Shown here: positions 39,063-48,654 of the stretch, piece by piece
How the letters are laid out: the number at the start of each line of letters is the position of its first letter
How positions within the stretch are numbered: the stretch's first letter is position 1
Source of the DNA: Candidatus Cloacimonadales bacterium
GTDB taxonomy: Bacteria; Cloacimonadota; Cloacimonadia; Cloacimonadales; DAONDQ01
DNA: 64,000 nt
Direction: 5' to 3'
Assembly: GCA_963662275.1 (NCBI GenBank)
Contig: OY759316.1
Coordinates: forward strand, 2,656,001-2,720,000
Position numbers and translations under genes: made by a program
The notes under the pieces: generated by a model
Database searches by the model: none
What the model was told of the DNA's origin: nothing
What the model saw: only the letters and a program-made list of their open reading frames with translations

Positions 39063-39418
39063 TATTCCTCCTGATAATATCTTTTTTTACTTGATATATA
39101 TTATGCACAATATAGATAGATAGCTATCATGTCAAGAAATATATTGTTTACTACCAAATATCAAGATATATTTTTATACTGCATCAATTTCTATTGCTAT
39201 TAGCTATAATATGTGAATGGCAATGCGCCCATCTTCTATTTTGGAAGATATTTAATAGAATTTTCCAGAAACAAACCATGTTTATTAATCACAGTTTACT
39301 ATTTGATCATCTCGATATGTATTCATATAATAACTAATTGCTTATAAGCCCAGAATAATAGGACGTTAAAAATTTATCACCAACCACCGAAACTAATTTT
39401 GCGTTCCCTCTGCCGATT

Positions 39419-40339
39419 TTAATTCTTTATTTTTATTTCCCTTTCTTCCACATCCCTAACGCCCTTCCACCTGCGATGCAGCCAAAACCATAAATACGGA
39501 TACTGCAAAATATGTTCTTCCAGTCTCTGACTGATATCTTTGGTCATTTGCTCCACACCTTCATCAGTTTTAGAATAAGCCATAGGATAAATCGGAGACT
39601 CAAAATGCGCTGTATTGCTTCCATCAGGATTTCTAATCAAAAATGCTGAAACAACTGGAATATTCGAATGCATGGCAATTTTGGCAGCTCCCTTGAAAGT
39701 TGAGGAAGGATGACCGAGAAAATCCATGATAATTCCATCTTTACCTGCATTCTGATCAATTAACAGAACAACAGCTTTATTGTCTTTCAATGCTTTGATG
39801 AGGTTCCGCCCAACTTCGTCTTTGTATATGATATCTATACCGCATTGCTTTCGCCATTTGTAAGTGTACTCATCAAAATAAGGATTTCTCTGTTTTTTCA
39901 CCACTGCAGCCATTGATATGCCATGCATTGATAGGACATGCATCGCCAATTCCCAATTTCCAAAATGACCTGTACTGATGATTGCTCCTTTTCCCAGGGC
40001 TAATGCATCAGTAAGATATTCAAAGTGTTCCATTTTACATTTCTTAGCAAGCTTGGTCGGGGAGGCAAAATATATCTCAGCAACTGTGATTCCAAGATTT
40101 AGATATGTCCTTTTCAACAGTTTCTTGATCTCAAGTTCACTTTTTTCTGGAAATACCATGACCATTTGATTATGGGCAATTTTCTTCCGAACTCCCAGGT
40201 AATAACCAGCAAATAGGAATAGTTGAACACAGAAAAATCTAATTAATGAGTATGGAAATAATCCTATGATAAATATTGCTGATCTGAATAAGCCATATTC
40301 TACAATATTCTGTAATTTCATGAATTTTCTTTTTTTCAT
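39419..40339 (-). CDS. Lipid A late acyltransferase family protein (LpxL/HtrB-like)
   Basis: GHFGNWE, LLIDQ, F.G and P..W.W.HRRWK motifs. Confidence 0.92.
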   Translation of the reverse strand: MKKRKFMKLQNIVEYGLFRSAIFIIGLFPYSLIRFFCVQLFLFAGYYLGVRKKIAHNQMVMVFPEKSELEIKKLLKRTYLNLGITVAEIYFASPTKLAKKCKMEHFEYLTDALALGKGAIISTGHFGNWELAMHVLSMHGISMAAVVKKQRNPYFDEYTYKWRKQCGIDIIYKDEVGRNLIKALKDNKAVVLLIDQNAGKDGIIMDFLGHPSSTFKGAAKIAMHSNIPVVSAFLIRNPDGSNTAHFESPIYPMAYSKTDEGVEQMTKDISQRLEEHILQYPYLWFWLHRRWKGVRDVEEREIKIKN

Positions 40340-40592
40340 ATAGGTTTCCTTTCTATTTACGAGGGAAAATGCCTCTCAAAAAATGTCAACCTGATTATTG
40401 TAGCACCTTCTTCAGGAGGTCATTGTAGCGACTTCTTCAGAAGGAAATACACGCACAATGCAAAACAGACCATATGATAAAGCTTTTTAAAAAACCTTTT
40501 CTAGAAAAGTATGAAGATTTATTTTTATATTAGTTGCCATAAACAAATATTGAATTATATTGACATCATATTAAACAAGGGGAGGAGCAATC

Positions 40593-40910
40593 ATGTCAGT
40601 AATGGAACTGAATTTAGAGAATTTTGATTCGACTATCGCCAAAGGTATTGTCTTAGTAGATTTCTGGGCACCTTGGTGTGGTCCTTGCCGAATGCTCGGT
40701 CCGATAATTGAAGAGATTGGAAACAATGCTGATGGTTTTGTTGTAGGAAAATTAAATGTAGATGATAATCCCGACATCGCTGAAAAATACGATGTCAGAT
40801 CAATTCCAACAATTATCATTTTCAATAAGGGACAAATTGTACATACATCTGCCGGGTTAATGACCAAAGCGGCTCTTTTACAAAAGATTGATATCATTAA
40901 ACAAAGCTAA
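40593..40910 (+). CDS. trxA: Thioredoxin
   Basis: VDFWAPWCGPC and V.SIPT motifs. Confidence 0.97.
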   Translation: MSVMELNLENFDSTIAKGIVLVDFWAPWCGPCRMLGPIIEEIGNNADGFVVGKLNVDDNPDIAEKYDVRSIPTIIIFNKGQIVHTSAGLMTKAALLQKIDIIKQS

Positions 40911-40925
40911 TCCAGCGAATTAAAT

Positions 40926-41618
40926 ATGGCTATCAGAGAAATCGAGATCAAGAGAAATGTGCTTAAATATCCGGCTGGATCAGTTCTAATTTGCATGGGA
41001 AATACAAAAGTATTATGCACGGCATCTATTGAATTAGGGACTCCCATTCATTGTAAAGATAAGAATATTGGTTGGCTGACTGCTGAATATTCCATGCTTC
41101 CCGGGAGTACTCATACTCGCAATCGTAGAGAAGTAAGCGTTGGAAAAGTATCTGGTCGAACGGCAGAAATCCAGCGTCTTATCGGACGTTCCCTGCGGGC
41201 AGTAACAGATCTTTCTCTTTTTCCTGGTTACTCAGTTTTAATTGATTGCGATGTTTTACAAGCTGACGGCGGTACCAGGACTGCTTCTATTACAGGTGCT
41301 GCCGTAGCCCTATATGATGCTTTCCAATTGATGATTTCTCAGAATATTGTAAATCAAAATCCCATGAAAGAATGGTTAGCAGCCATCAGTGTTGGTATTG
41401 TTTACGGTGAATATGCCCTTGATCTTTCCTTTGAGTTGGATTGTATTGCAGAAGTGGATTTCAACGTTGTTATGACGGAAAGCGGTAAATTCATTGAAGT
41501 ACAGGGAACAGCCGAACATAATCCATTCTCTCGTGAGCAATTGGATCAAATGCTCCTGCTAGCTGATTCAGGGATTCGTGAACTAATCAGTATGCAGAAG
41601 GTAGCTTGTAGCTTGTAG
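40926..41618 (+). CDS. rph: Ribonuclease PH
   Basis: TAEYSMLP, GRT.EIQRLIGRSLRA, DCDVLQADGGTRTASITGA and EVQGTAE motifs. Confidence 0.97.
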   Translation: MAIREIEIKRNVLKYPAGSVLICMGNTKVLCTASIELGTPIHCKDKNIGWLTAEYSMLPGSTHTRNRREVSVGKVSGRTAEIQRLIGRSLRAVTDLSLFPGYSVLIDCDVLQADGGTRTASITGAAVALYDAFQLMISQNIVNQNPMKEWLAAISVGIVYGEYALDLSFELDCIAEVDFNVVMTESGKFIEVQGTAEHNPFSREQLDQMLLLADSGIRELISMQKVACSL

Positions 41619-41631
41619 CTTGTAGCTTGTA
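41601..41631. repeat. Heptamer repeat (GTAGCTT)x4 overlapping the rph stop codon
   Basis: Read directly; the rph TAG at 41616-41618 lies in the third unit. Confidence 0.9.
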
Positions 41632-41777
41632 TGGAATTGTGACAGTAATTCCGCTTTTTACCTGCTTCGGACTTTACATGAAAGAAAAGAGTATGGAGTT
41701 CAATTTCCCAAGCAAAACTCGCAGTAACCACCTAGCTAATAGGGCATTCGGACTTTACATGAAAGCTAAGAGCCGGT

Positions 41778-41890
41778 TCATTGAGTGATTTCGACGAAGG
41801 AGAAATTGTATCGAAATGACCCAATGTGACCCTATAACGTTGTGTAATGTCGTCTCCTCGATACAAATAGATAAATCTGTTCACTCGGAG
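41778..41890. repeat. Copy 2 of the ~45-bp palindromic element plus a degenerate inverted copy
   Basis: 41778-41819 matches 23683-23725; CTCGATACAAAT...TCACTCG at about 41857-41887 resembles its reverse complement. Confidence 0.75.
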
Positions 41891-42031
41891 AATTCAGTTT
41901 TCATCATCTGTAGCGAAAACCTGTTTCCAGGGAAGTTAAAATCGACCTTTTCATCTTCGGTAACAAATTAGATTTTCAGTGAAGTTCGGAGATGCCAATT
42001 CGCACTCGATATCATTTAGTTCTTTCCTCTT

Positions 42032-42066
42032 CCCTGTACGCTGTACGCTGTACGCTGTACGCTGTA
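42032..42066. repeat. Heptamer repeat CCCTGTA(CGCTGTA)x4
   Basis: Same family and same CTTCCCTGTAC left junction as 21509-21560. Confidence 0.85.
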
Positions 42067-42195
42067 AACTGTCATCTTATCCCCATATCCTGCTCCCCTT
42101 CAGTTTCTGTAATGTTATGCTTGACAAAAGGAATTCCTTAGGAGACCTATCTTTTATTAAAAAATCAGCTTGTTGCTATTGTAAGGAGAGAACTA

Positions 42196-42981
42196 TTGCG
42201 ACTGTTATTAACAAATGATGATGGTGTGAATGCACCTGGAATTCAAACCTTGGCTCGAATCCTTGGTAAATCTGGACATGACGTGGTGATTGTAGCACCA
42301 GACCAGGAAAGAAGTGGAACATCCCATTCAATTACGTTACGTAAATCCCTGGTTGTGGAAAAGATAGCTCCCAATACATATGCTGTGAGCGGAACTCCCG
42401 CTGATTGTATGATTATTGCTTCACAAGTGATTGTCAAAGATGGAGTTGATCTTGTTCTCTCAGGTATTAATGCCGGTCAGAATATGGGTGAAGATGTTCT
42501 CTATTCAGGTACAGTTGCAGCAGCTATTGAAGCCATGTTTATGGGTTTCAAGGCAATTTCTATGTCAGTAGCAGGCATGCCTCCACACAACTACGAGACT
42601 GCTGCTCATTTTATCGATCTGATGTTGAAGAGTGAATTCCATCTATTGATAAATGAACATGAAATTATAAATGTCAACATTCCGAATGTGCCCATTTCTG
42701 AGATCAAAGGATTCCGAATTACGAAAACGGGACATCGAAAGTATGAGAATTTTGTGAAGATTGAATCTGTGGTAAATGAAAGCATAACCTACAGGGTTGG
42801 TGGAGATAAGCCCATCTGGAATATAGAAAAAGGAACAGACGCTGAAGCTGTGCAGGAAAATTATATTTCACTGACACCTATAGGTTTCAATTTTACAAAT
42901 GGAGATTCATTTCCAAAGATATTAGAATGGGTTGAAGAAAAAGAAACGAATATTCTAAATCATATGAAGCCATTGGAATAG
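42196..42981 (+). CDS. surE: 5'/3'-nucleotidase SurE
   Basis: LLTNDDG..APG, AP..E.SG.SHSIT, GTPADC and SGINAG.N.G.DV.YSGTV.AA.EA motifs; TTG start after AAGGAG. Confidence 0.97.
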   Translation: MRLLLTNDDGVNAPGIQTLARILGKSGHDVVIVAPDQERSGTSHSITLRKSLVVEKIAPNTYAVSGTPADCMIIASQVIVKDGVDLVLSGINAGQNMGEDVLYSGTVAAAIEAMFMGFKAISMSVAGMPPHNYETAAHFIDLMLKSEFHLLINEHEIINVNIPNVPISEIKGFRITKTGHRKYENFVKIESVVNESITYRVGGDKPIWNIEKGTDAEAVQENYISLTPIGFNFTNGDSFPKILEWVEEKETNILNHMKPLE

Positions 42982-42988
42982 AGGATTC

Positions 42989-43642
42989 ATGCAATTTGAT
43001 GATCAAAGACGCTGGTTAGTAAAAATTCTAAAGGAAGAAGGGATTCGAGATTCGAAATTGATAGAAGCGATCTCGCTCGTTCCCAGGCATGAGTTTGTTC
43101 CTGTAATGATGCGTGAATATTCATACCGCAACCAACCTCTGGCGATTGGTGAAGACCAGACAATCTCACAGCCTTTAATCATCGCGATTATGATTCAGCT
43201 TCTCCAGATCCAGGAGACGAATTCAGTGTTGGAAATTGGCACTGGTTCGGGATACCAGACCGCTATTCTCTCTGCATTGACAAAGGAAGTTTATACGATT
43301 GAAAGATTAGAAGGCTTAGCGATTCGTGCTAAAGCAACTTTAAAAAAATTGAATTATCTAAACATACATTATAAGATTGGTGATGGTACAAAAGGATGGT
43401 TAAAAGCCTATCCACCCAGGAAAGAATTTGATCGGATCATTGTTTCAGCAGCGTCTCCGCTTATACCTTCATCTCTCGTTGAACAATTAGCTGAAAATGG
43501 ACGCTTAGTAATCCCAGTGGGAGAGAAAACCTTCCAGCGTTTAATACTGGTAGAAAAACGAAATGGAGAAATTAAGACTTCATACCATGGAGATTGTACT
43601 TTTGTGCCATTGATTGGAGATGAAGGATGGCAATCTCAATAA
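42989..43642 (+). CDS. pcm: Protein-L-isoaspartate O-methyltransferase
   Basis: VPRH.F, QTISQP, VLEIGTGSGYQTA and FVPL motifs; the surE-pcm order is conserved. Confidence 0.97.
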   Translation: MQFDDQRRWLVKILKEEGIRDSKLIEAISLVPRHEFVPVMMREYSYRNQPLAIGEDQTISQPLIIAIMIQLLQIQETNSVLEIGTGSGYQTAILSALTKEVYTIERLEGLAIRAKATLKKLNYLNIHYKIGDGTKGWLKAYPPRKEFDRIIVSAASPLIPSSLVEQLAENGRLVIPVGEKTFQRLILVEKRNGEIKTSYHGDCTFVPLIGDEGWQSQ

Positions 43643-43658
43643 CAACAGAGGAGTTTTT

Positions 43659-44165
43659 ATGTCCTGGTTGAAAAAAATCAAGGAAGTCATCACATTGCAG
43701 CCTAAGCTTTCTGAAGATGAGTTATTTCTCAAAAATGTATCGTTCTTAAGAGCACTGACGAATAAACAGATTATCAAGTTTGCCCGTTATGTGCATGTCA
43801 GAAAATTCAGTGCAGGGGACTTCATTTTCAAAGAAGATTATCCGCAAGTCGTTCTTTTTATCATCAAGCATGGCGAAGTTGAATTACTTCCTCACCGTCA
43901 TTCAAAAGAACCTATCATGAAACTTAAAAAATATCAGTACGTTGGAATTGAAGAACTATTCTTAAATTCAAAAAGATGGAGTAGCGCTGTAGCTAAAACG
44001 AATTGTGTTCTCTTAGCAATTTCTAAATATGATTTCAAAGCTTATATAAAGAGGGATACACATGCAGGTATCAAAATACTCTATGGACTATGTATCTCTT
44101 TCAGTCGATATTTGAAACACTATTTAACGGAAAGTGTGCAGGAGCAGGATAATGAAACTCGCTAA
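43659..44165 (+). CDS. Cyclic nucleotide-binding domain protein (no HTH)
   Basis: F..GD.IF.E, LFII..GEV and R.SSA.A...C.LL motifs; ATG 43659 after GAGGAG. Confidence 0.8.
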   Translation: MSWLKKIKEVITLQPKLSEDELFLKNVSFLRALTNKQIIKFARYVHVRKFSAGDFIFKEDYPQVVLFIIKHGEVELLPHRHSKEPIMKLKKYQYVGIEELFLNSKRWSSAVAKTNCVLLAISKYDFKAYIKRDTHAGIKILYGLCISFSRYLKHYLTESVQEQDNETR

Positions 44166-45213
44166 GTGGTTTTATATCATAATTCTTCTCATCGTATTTG
44201 CCTTAGGCATTTTTGTATATCGTACGATTTTCAGTTATATACTAGCCTCCTTAATTTTTGCATATATCTTAAATCCTGCAGTAGTCTTTCTTGAATATCA
44301 TGGTTTCAAGCGAGTTTATGCAATCCTTGTCCTTTATCTGGGACTAGCAGTACTCATCGCTTGGGGAATTGATTCTCTCCTACCGCAGATCATCAAACAA
44401 GCACAAGGTTTATTTGTTTTGATCAAAAGCTCGAATGTGGGAACTGAAATGCAACTGGAGAAAATTCCCTTTATCCAGGATATCAAATATTCAGCTATTT
44501 CTCTCCAAAACAAAATTCCCTTTATTAACCTGACCGGGTATTTTGCCAGCACCATGCTTGCGCTAAAAGATTTTTTTGCCAATTTTCCCCAGATCATCAT
44601 GAAATACTCGGGTAATATCTTCATGGCATTATCTTTTGTCGTTACAATCCCTCTTATCGGGTTCTTTTTGCTGAAGGATGAACATTTATTTACCCGTTAT
44701 CTGGTACACCTGGTACCGAATCGATATTTTGAATTAACCATGCTGTTATTGAAGAAAATTGATGAAGTTGCTGGTAAGTATTTAAGAGCTATGATGATAG
44801 AAGTTGTAATCGTCGGTTCCTTATCATCCATAGTCTTAACCGCAATGGGAGTCAGCTACGGAGTGCTGATCGGTGTCCTGGCAGGTTTCACGAATATCAT
44901 TCCCTATTTCGGTCCTTTATTAGGAGCTACTTTTGGTGTTATTTCCGTGTTGATAAGTGGTAAACCATTGATATATATATTGTATGTAATTATTGGCATG
45001 TATGGAGTACAATTTGTTGATAATAATTTTATCTACCCCATCGTTGTTGGAAAAAATACCAATATGCATCCTTTGATAATTTTGTTGACAGTCATGGCAG
45101 GTGGCTTTGTCTTTGGAATTGTTGGAATGCTCTTCTCCGTACCAGTTGTATTTTTTGTGTATAGCATCATTCGGATTTTACATCAAAATCTGAAAGCCTT
45201 TGAAATAATTTAA
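44152..45213 (+). CDS. AI-2E (UPF0118) family transporter
   Basis: AYILNP.V, FFLLKD, N.IPYFGP, Q..DN..I.P and HPL motifs. Confidence 0.92.
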   Translation: MKLAKWFYIIILLIVFALGIFVYRTIFSYILASLIFAYILNPAVVFLEYHGFKRVYAILVLYLGLAVLIAWGIDSLLPQIIKQAQGLFVLIKSSNVGTEMQLEKIPFIQDIKYSAISLQNKIPFINLTGYFASTMLALKDFFANFPQIIMKYSGNIFMALSFVVTIPLIGFFLLKDEHLFTRYLVHLVPNRYFELTMLLLKKIDEVAGKYLRAMMIEVVIVGSLSSIVLTAMGVSYGVLIGVLAGFTNIIPYFGPLLGATFGVISVLISGKPLIYILYVIIGMYGVQFVDNNFIYPIVVGKNTNMHPLIILLTVMAGGFVFGIVGMLFSVPVVFFVYSIIRILHQNLKAFEII

Positions 45214-45225
45214 TTAGAGGAAATT

Positions 45226-46404
45226 ATGGGTTTAATGGAAAAATGCGCTCATTATCATATAGCGCGGAAAATGATGAAAATCGGTTATTATCCTTATTTT
45301 CGTGAAATCAGTTCTGAACAGGACACGGAAGTCATTTGCGATGGAAAGAAAATGCTGATGATGGGTTCAAATAGCTATTTAGGATTAACTTCCCATCCTC
45401 GTGTCAAAGAAGCTGCTATTAAGGCAATTAAGAAATATGGTACCGGATGTGCAGGCTCACGTTTTTTGAACGGTACTCTAGATATTCATATCGAATTGGA
45501 AAGAGAATTAGCGATTCTTTCCGGTAAAGAGGCTGCCCTCACCTATCCTACAGGCTACCAGGCAAATGTAGGTGCCATATCTGCATTGGTGTTAAAAGAT
45601 GATTATATTATCACTGATAAATTAGACCATGCCTCAATCATAGATGGCTGTAAGCTTTCCTACGGTTCAATGCTCCGTTTCAGTCATAATAGTATGAAAA
45701 GCCTGGAAAAAGTACTTCAGAAAATTGAAGGTAAAAACGCCCTTATCGTGGTGGATGGGATATTCAGTATGGAAGGTGATATCGCGGATTTACCAAGTAT
45801 TCATGCGATTGCTAAAAAGTATGGAGTCAGCGTCATGGTGGATGAAGCTCATTCGCTGGGTGTGTTGGGCAAGAATGGAGCTGGTGCAGCTTCTCATTTT
45901 GGTCTCACATCTGAAACAGATGTGATCATGGGTACATTTAGTAAATCACTTGCTTCAGTAGGCGGTTTCATTGCTGCTGATGAAAATGTAATACATTATC
46001 TAAAACACAATTCACGCCCCCTCATATTCAGCGCATCATTACCACCCGCTTCCACGGCAACCGTTTTAGAAGCGATCAAAATCATGCGGGAAGAACCGGA
46101 ACGAATTCAGCAGCTCTGGGACAATACGCATTTCATGTTAGATAGTTTTCAAAATATGGGATATAATACAGGCTTATCCTGCACACCCGTAGTTCCGCTT
46201 CATGTCGGTGAAGATATGACAGCTTTCAAGATGTGGAAACGTCTTGCGGAAGAAGGTGTTTTCATTAATCCTGTCGTACCGCCGGCTGTACCACCATCAC
46301 AATGCCTGATTCGGACAAGTTTCATGGCAACACATACAAGAGAACAGCTTTCATTTGCTTTGGATAAGTTCTATAAGATTGGAAAAGAACTCCATGTAAT
46401 TTAG
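45226..46404 (+). CDS. Alpha-oxoamine synthase, most like bacterial serine palmitoyltransferase
   Basis: YPYFR.I, GSN.YLGL, GCAGSRFLNGTLDIH, HASIIDG, DEAH and GTFSKSLAS.GG (PLP Lys) motifs. Confidence 0.8.
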   Translation: MGLMEKCAHYHIARKMMKIGYYPYFREISSEQDTEVICDGKKMLMMGSNSYLGLTSHPRVKEAAIKAIKKYGTGCAGSRFLNGTLDIHIELERELAILSGKEAALTYPTGYQANVGAISALVLKDDYIITDKLDHASIIDGCKLSYGSMLRFSHNSMKSLEKVLQKIEGKNALIVVDGIFSMEGDIADLPSIHAIAKKYGVSVMVDEAHSLGVLGKNGAGAASHFGLTSETDVIMGTFSKSLASVGGFIAADENVIHYLKHNSRPLIFSASLPPASTATVLEAIKIMREEPERIQQLWDNTHFMLDSFQNMGYNTGLSCTPVVPLHVGEDMTAFKMWKRLAEEGVFINPVVPPAVPPSQCLIRTSFMATHTREQLSFALDKFYKIGKELHVI

Positions 46405-46418
46405 TTTATTCATAAAAC

Positions 46419-46452
46419 AAAAAAGCCCACCTTGACGGTGGGCTTTATTTTT
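46419..46452. terminator. Bidirectional intrinsic terminator
   Basis: AAAAAAGCCCACC-ttgac-GGTGGGCTTTATTTTT between convergent genes. Confidence 0.8.
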
Positions 46453-47068
46453 ATTTCTTTCTATTCCGCTTTTTTTCCCATCCCTTCCATACTAAATACC
46501 CGACAAAAAGGACAAATATAATCAGCAAGCCTGTACTGATTTCCTGGTAGTACATCTCTAAAATACCTTTGTTCGCACCAAGATAATATCCCAGTGCCCC
46601 AAGTATGGCTGACCAAATGAATGAACCTAGTAAAGTGAAGATGGCGAATGAAAAATATGGCATTTTCGCCAAACCTGCTGGAATGGATATCAGGTGTCGA
46701 ACACCAGGAACCAGCCTGCCTATAAATGTGGATGATTTACCATACCGATTGAAGTAATTTTCTGCTTTTTCCACTTTCCCAGGATTCAAAAACATCATAT
46801 GTGCAATTTTTGTATCTGCAAGCGCATAAATAATCTTTCGACCTAAAAAGTAACCTAATGCATAATTGATTGACGCTCCAATAAAACTGCCTATAGTGCT
46901 GCATAGAATGACCAATATTAGATTCAGTTCCCCTTGATAACAGCGAAATGCAGCAGGGGGAACAACTATTTCTGATGGTATGGGAAGGAATGTGCTTTCC
47001 ATTGCCATTAAAATAATGATTTGAGGATAACCTAAACGTTTAAGCAATTCTTGTACAAAATTCCACAT
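46451..47068 (-). CDS. dedA: DedA family membrane protein
   Basis: LMAMES..LPIPSE, F.RYG and GRL.PGVRH.ISIPAG motifs. Confidence 0.92.
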   Translation of the reverse strand: MWNFVQELLKRLGYPQIIILMAMESTFLPIPSEIVVPPAAFRCYQGELNLILVILCSTIGSFIGASINYALGYFLGRKIIYALADTKIAHMMFLNPGKVEKAENYFNRYGKSSTFIGRLVPGVRHLISIPAGLAKMPYFSFAIFTLLGSFIWSAILGALGYYLGANKGILEMYYQEISTGLLIIFVLFVGYLVWKGWEKKRNRKK

Positions 47069-47098
47069 ATGCGAGATTCCTCTTTTCCGATGATAAAC

Positions 47099-47120
47099 AA
47101 AAACCCCCGAATCGGGGGTT
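47099..47120 (-). terminator. Intrinsic terminator after the pilin-like gene
   Basis: AACCCCCGA-a-TCGGGGGTT with a U-tract on the minus strand. Confidence 0.7.
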
Positions 47121-47140
47121 CGTTGTTATTAATATTTTTC

Positions 47141-47623
47141 TTATGGCAACCAATATGTATCAATATATTTCTTAGATAAATCATCAGAGGCAACTTCAAA
47201 AGGTCCGGTCGGTAAACGGAATACTATCTTTGCATCCTTGACTCCGAAAGCCTGTGTTGAAGTAGCTACAACTGTTGATGAATCACCTAGGGCATAAGTA
47301 AAATAACGTTTATCCAATTTTTCAAAAACGTTCATTTGCTTAATATCATCAAAATAGAAGCTTGTTTGTGCTTTAAATTCATTATCTTCTTTCGCTATCT
47401 GGTTGATTTGTTCGACTGCTACCTGTACTTTTTTCTGCATTTTTTTATCAGCCTGCATTGGTAACCAGAACACAAATACAATACCAACTATCATGATAAT
47501 CATTGTTAATTCAAGAAGGGAGAACTTTGTTTTTCTTTGAACATTACTTTCAACATTGGGTATTTTTTGTATATCATTCTCAGGTGTTTTTGCACCCTGT
47601 GCGTCTTTTGTATCAGTTGCCAT
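47141..47623 (-). CDS. Type IV pilin-like protein with an atypical cleavage site
   Basis: Hydrophilic leader, then K|FSLLELTMIIMIVGIVFVFWLP (F+1, E+5, P+22); ATG 47623 after GGAGG. Confidence 0.7.
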   Translation of the reverse strand: MATDTKDAQGAKTPENDIQKIPNVESNVQRKTKFSLLELTMIIMIVGIVFVFWLPMQADKKMQKKVQVAVEQINQIAKEDNEFKAQTSFYFDDIKQMNVFEKLDKRYFTYALGDSSTVVATSTQAFGVKDAKIVFRLPTGPFEVASDDLSKKYIDTYWLP

Positions 47624-47984
47624 TATTCCTCCCAAGTTTTTTTTACCATTTTCGTAGTAAATGATTTTTGTCAAAGAATTTTTGCATTACAGCCACAGCT
47701 TACTGCTAACAGCTAACAGGGAACGCAGTTTTTTCACAACTATACAGGTTTGTACTACAGATAGTCCCTATCTGTTCTGCGATTGGGGAAGTTTCTTCCA
47801 CTGAGCTTCCTTTCTGCTGAAGTTTCGAGGTAGTGACGGGAAGTCCATTTTCCCTTTTAGTTAGTGGTCATTGATTTTTTTACTTGGGAAATTGAACACC
47901 AAAACCTCGACCAAAACTCGAATAAGAAAGGAAGGGCGTATTGCCATACTCCCTACTCTGCCTATAATAAATCCGTAGGATGTC

Positions 47985-48183
47985 ATTCTGGTAGCCCAGG
48001 AAGTCCTTCCTGGGTTAGTGATGACGATAACATAACATCCTTAAGTATGTGCTACGAGAGTCTGGAAGACGGCACATTCTCCCCTAACTCTGATTTTGAT
48101 CTTCATTCGTGGTTCCGTCCTCCGGACTCAGAGGATTTGTGTGGATCCCGTTCCCCAGGAAGGACTTCCTGGGCTAGCAGAAT
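47985..48183. mobile_element. ~200-bp non-autonomous MITE/REPIN-like element
   Basis: 30-bp terminal inverted repeats (29/30 match), each containing the hairpin CCCAGGAAG-tc-CTTCCTGGG after GTAG/CTAG; inner inverted repeat 48058-48072 / 48115-48129. Confidence 0.7.
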
Positions 48184-48277
48184 TCCGTTCTCCGAACTGC
48201 ATATGACAACACCATCCCTTTTAACTCATCTCCGCTCCTTCTTGGCTCATGAGTGTCCGCAATAAACCCCTTAATTT

Positions 48278-48400
48278 ATACCTGTTTCAATCCTGTTTCA
48301 ATCCTGTTTCATACCAGTTTCATACCAGTTTCATTCCTGTTTCGTTAAACTGGTTTGAGATGGGTATGAGATTAGTATGAAATTTGATTTAGATTGGTAG
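48278..48400. repeat. 11-bp tandem array (AWWCCWGTTTC x6) followed by degenerate inverted copies
   Basis: Units start at 48278, 48289, 48300, 48311, 48322 and 48333. Confidence 0.85.
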
Positions 48401-48654
48401 TATCTTGTCTGTTTATTAGGACTTCATATATACCTCTTATTCGGGGAAGTGTGTGAAAATGACTTTGTTACCTTATCCTCCTCTAAGCAAACTCAGAAGC
48501 TAAACGCTCATTGTTTTTAACATCTGATTATGAGGAAACGTGTTTATCTATATACTAAAATGCATACTAGTTAACAAAATTTATTATTCTTGACATGCTT
48601 TACATCATTGCAATCTCTTCTTTATAATCGTTTTAAGATATAAGGAAGGGGCAA

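Noticed and set aside
41666..41772. Mini-CRISPR (repeat ends in ATGAAAG)
   Set aside because: Only two copies, a repeat of 19-26 bp, an intervening sequence of about 55-62 bp, and no leader or cas genes.
47864..48265. 133-aa ORF
   Set aside because: It runs across REP/MITE-like palindromes, has no RBS and has unnatural composition; probably spurious.
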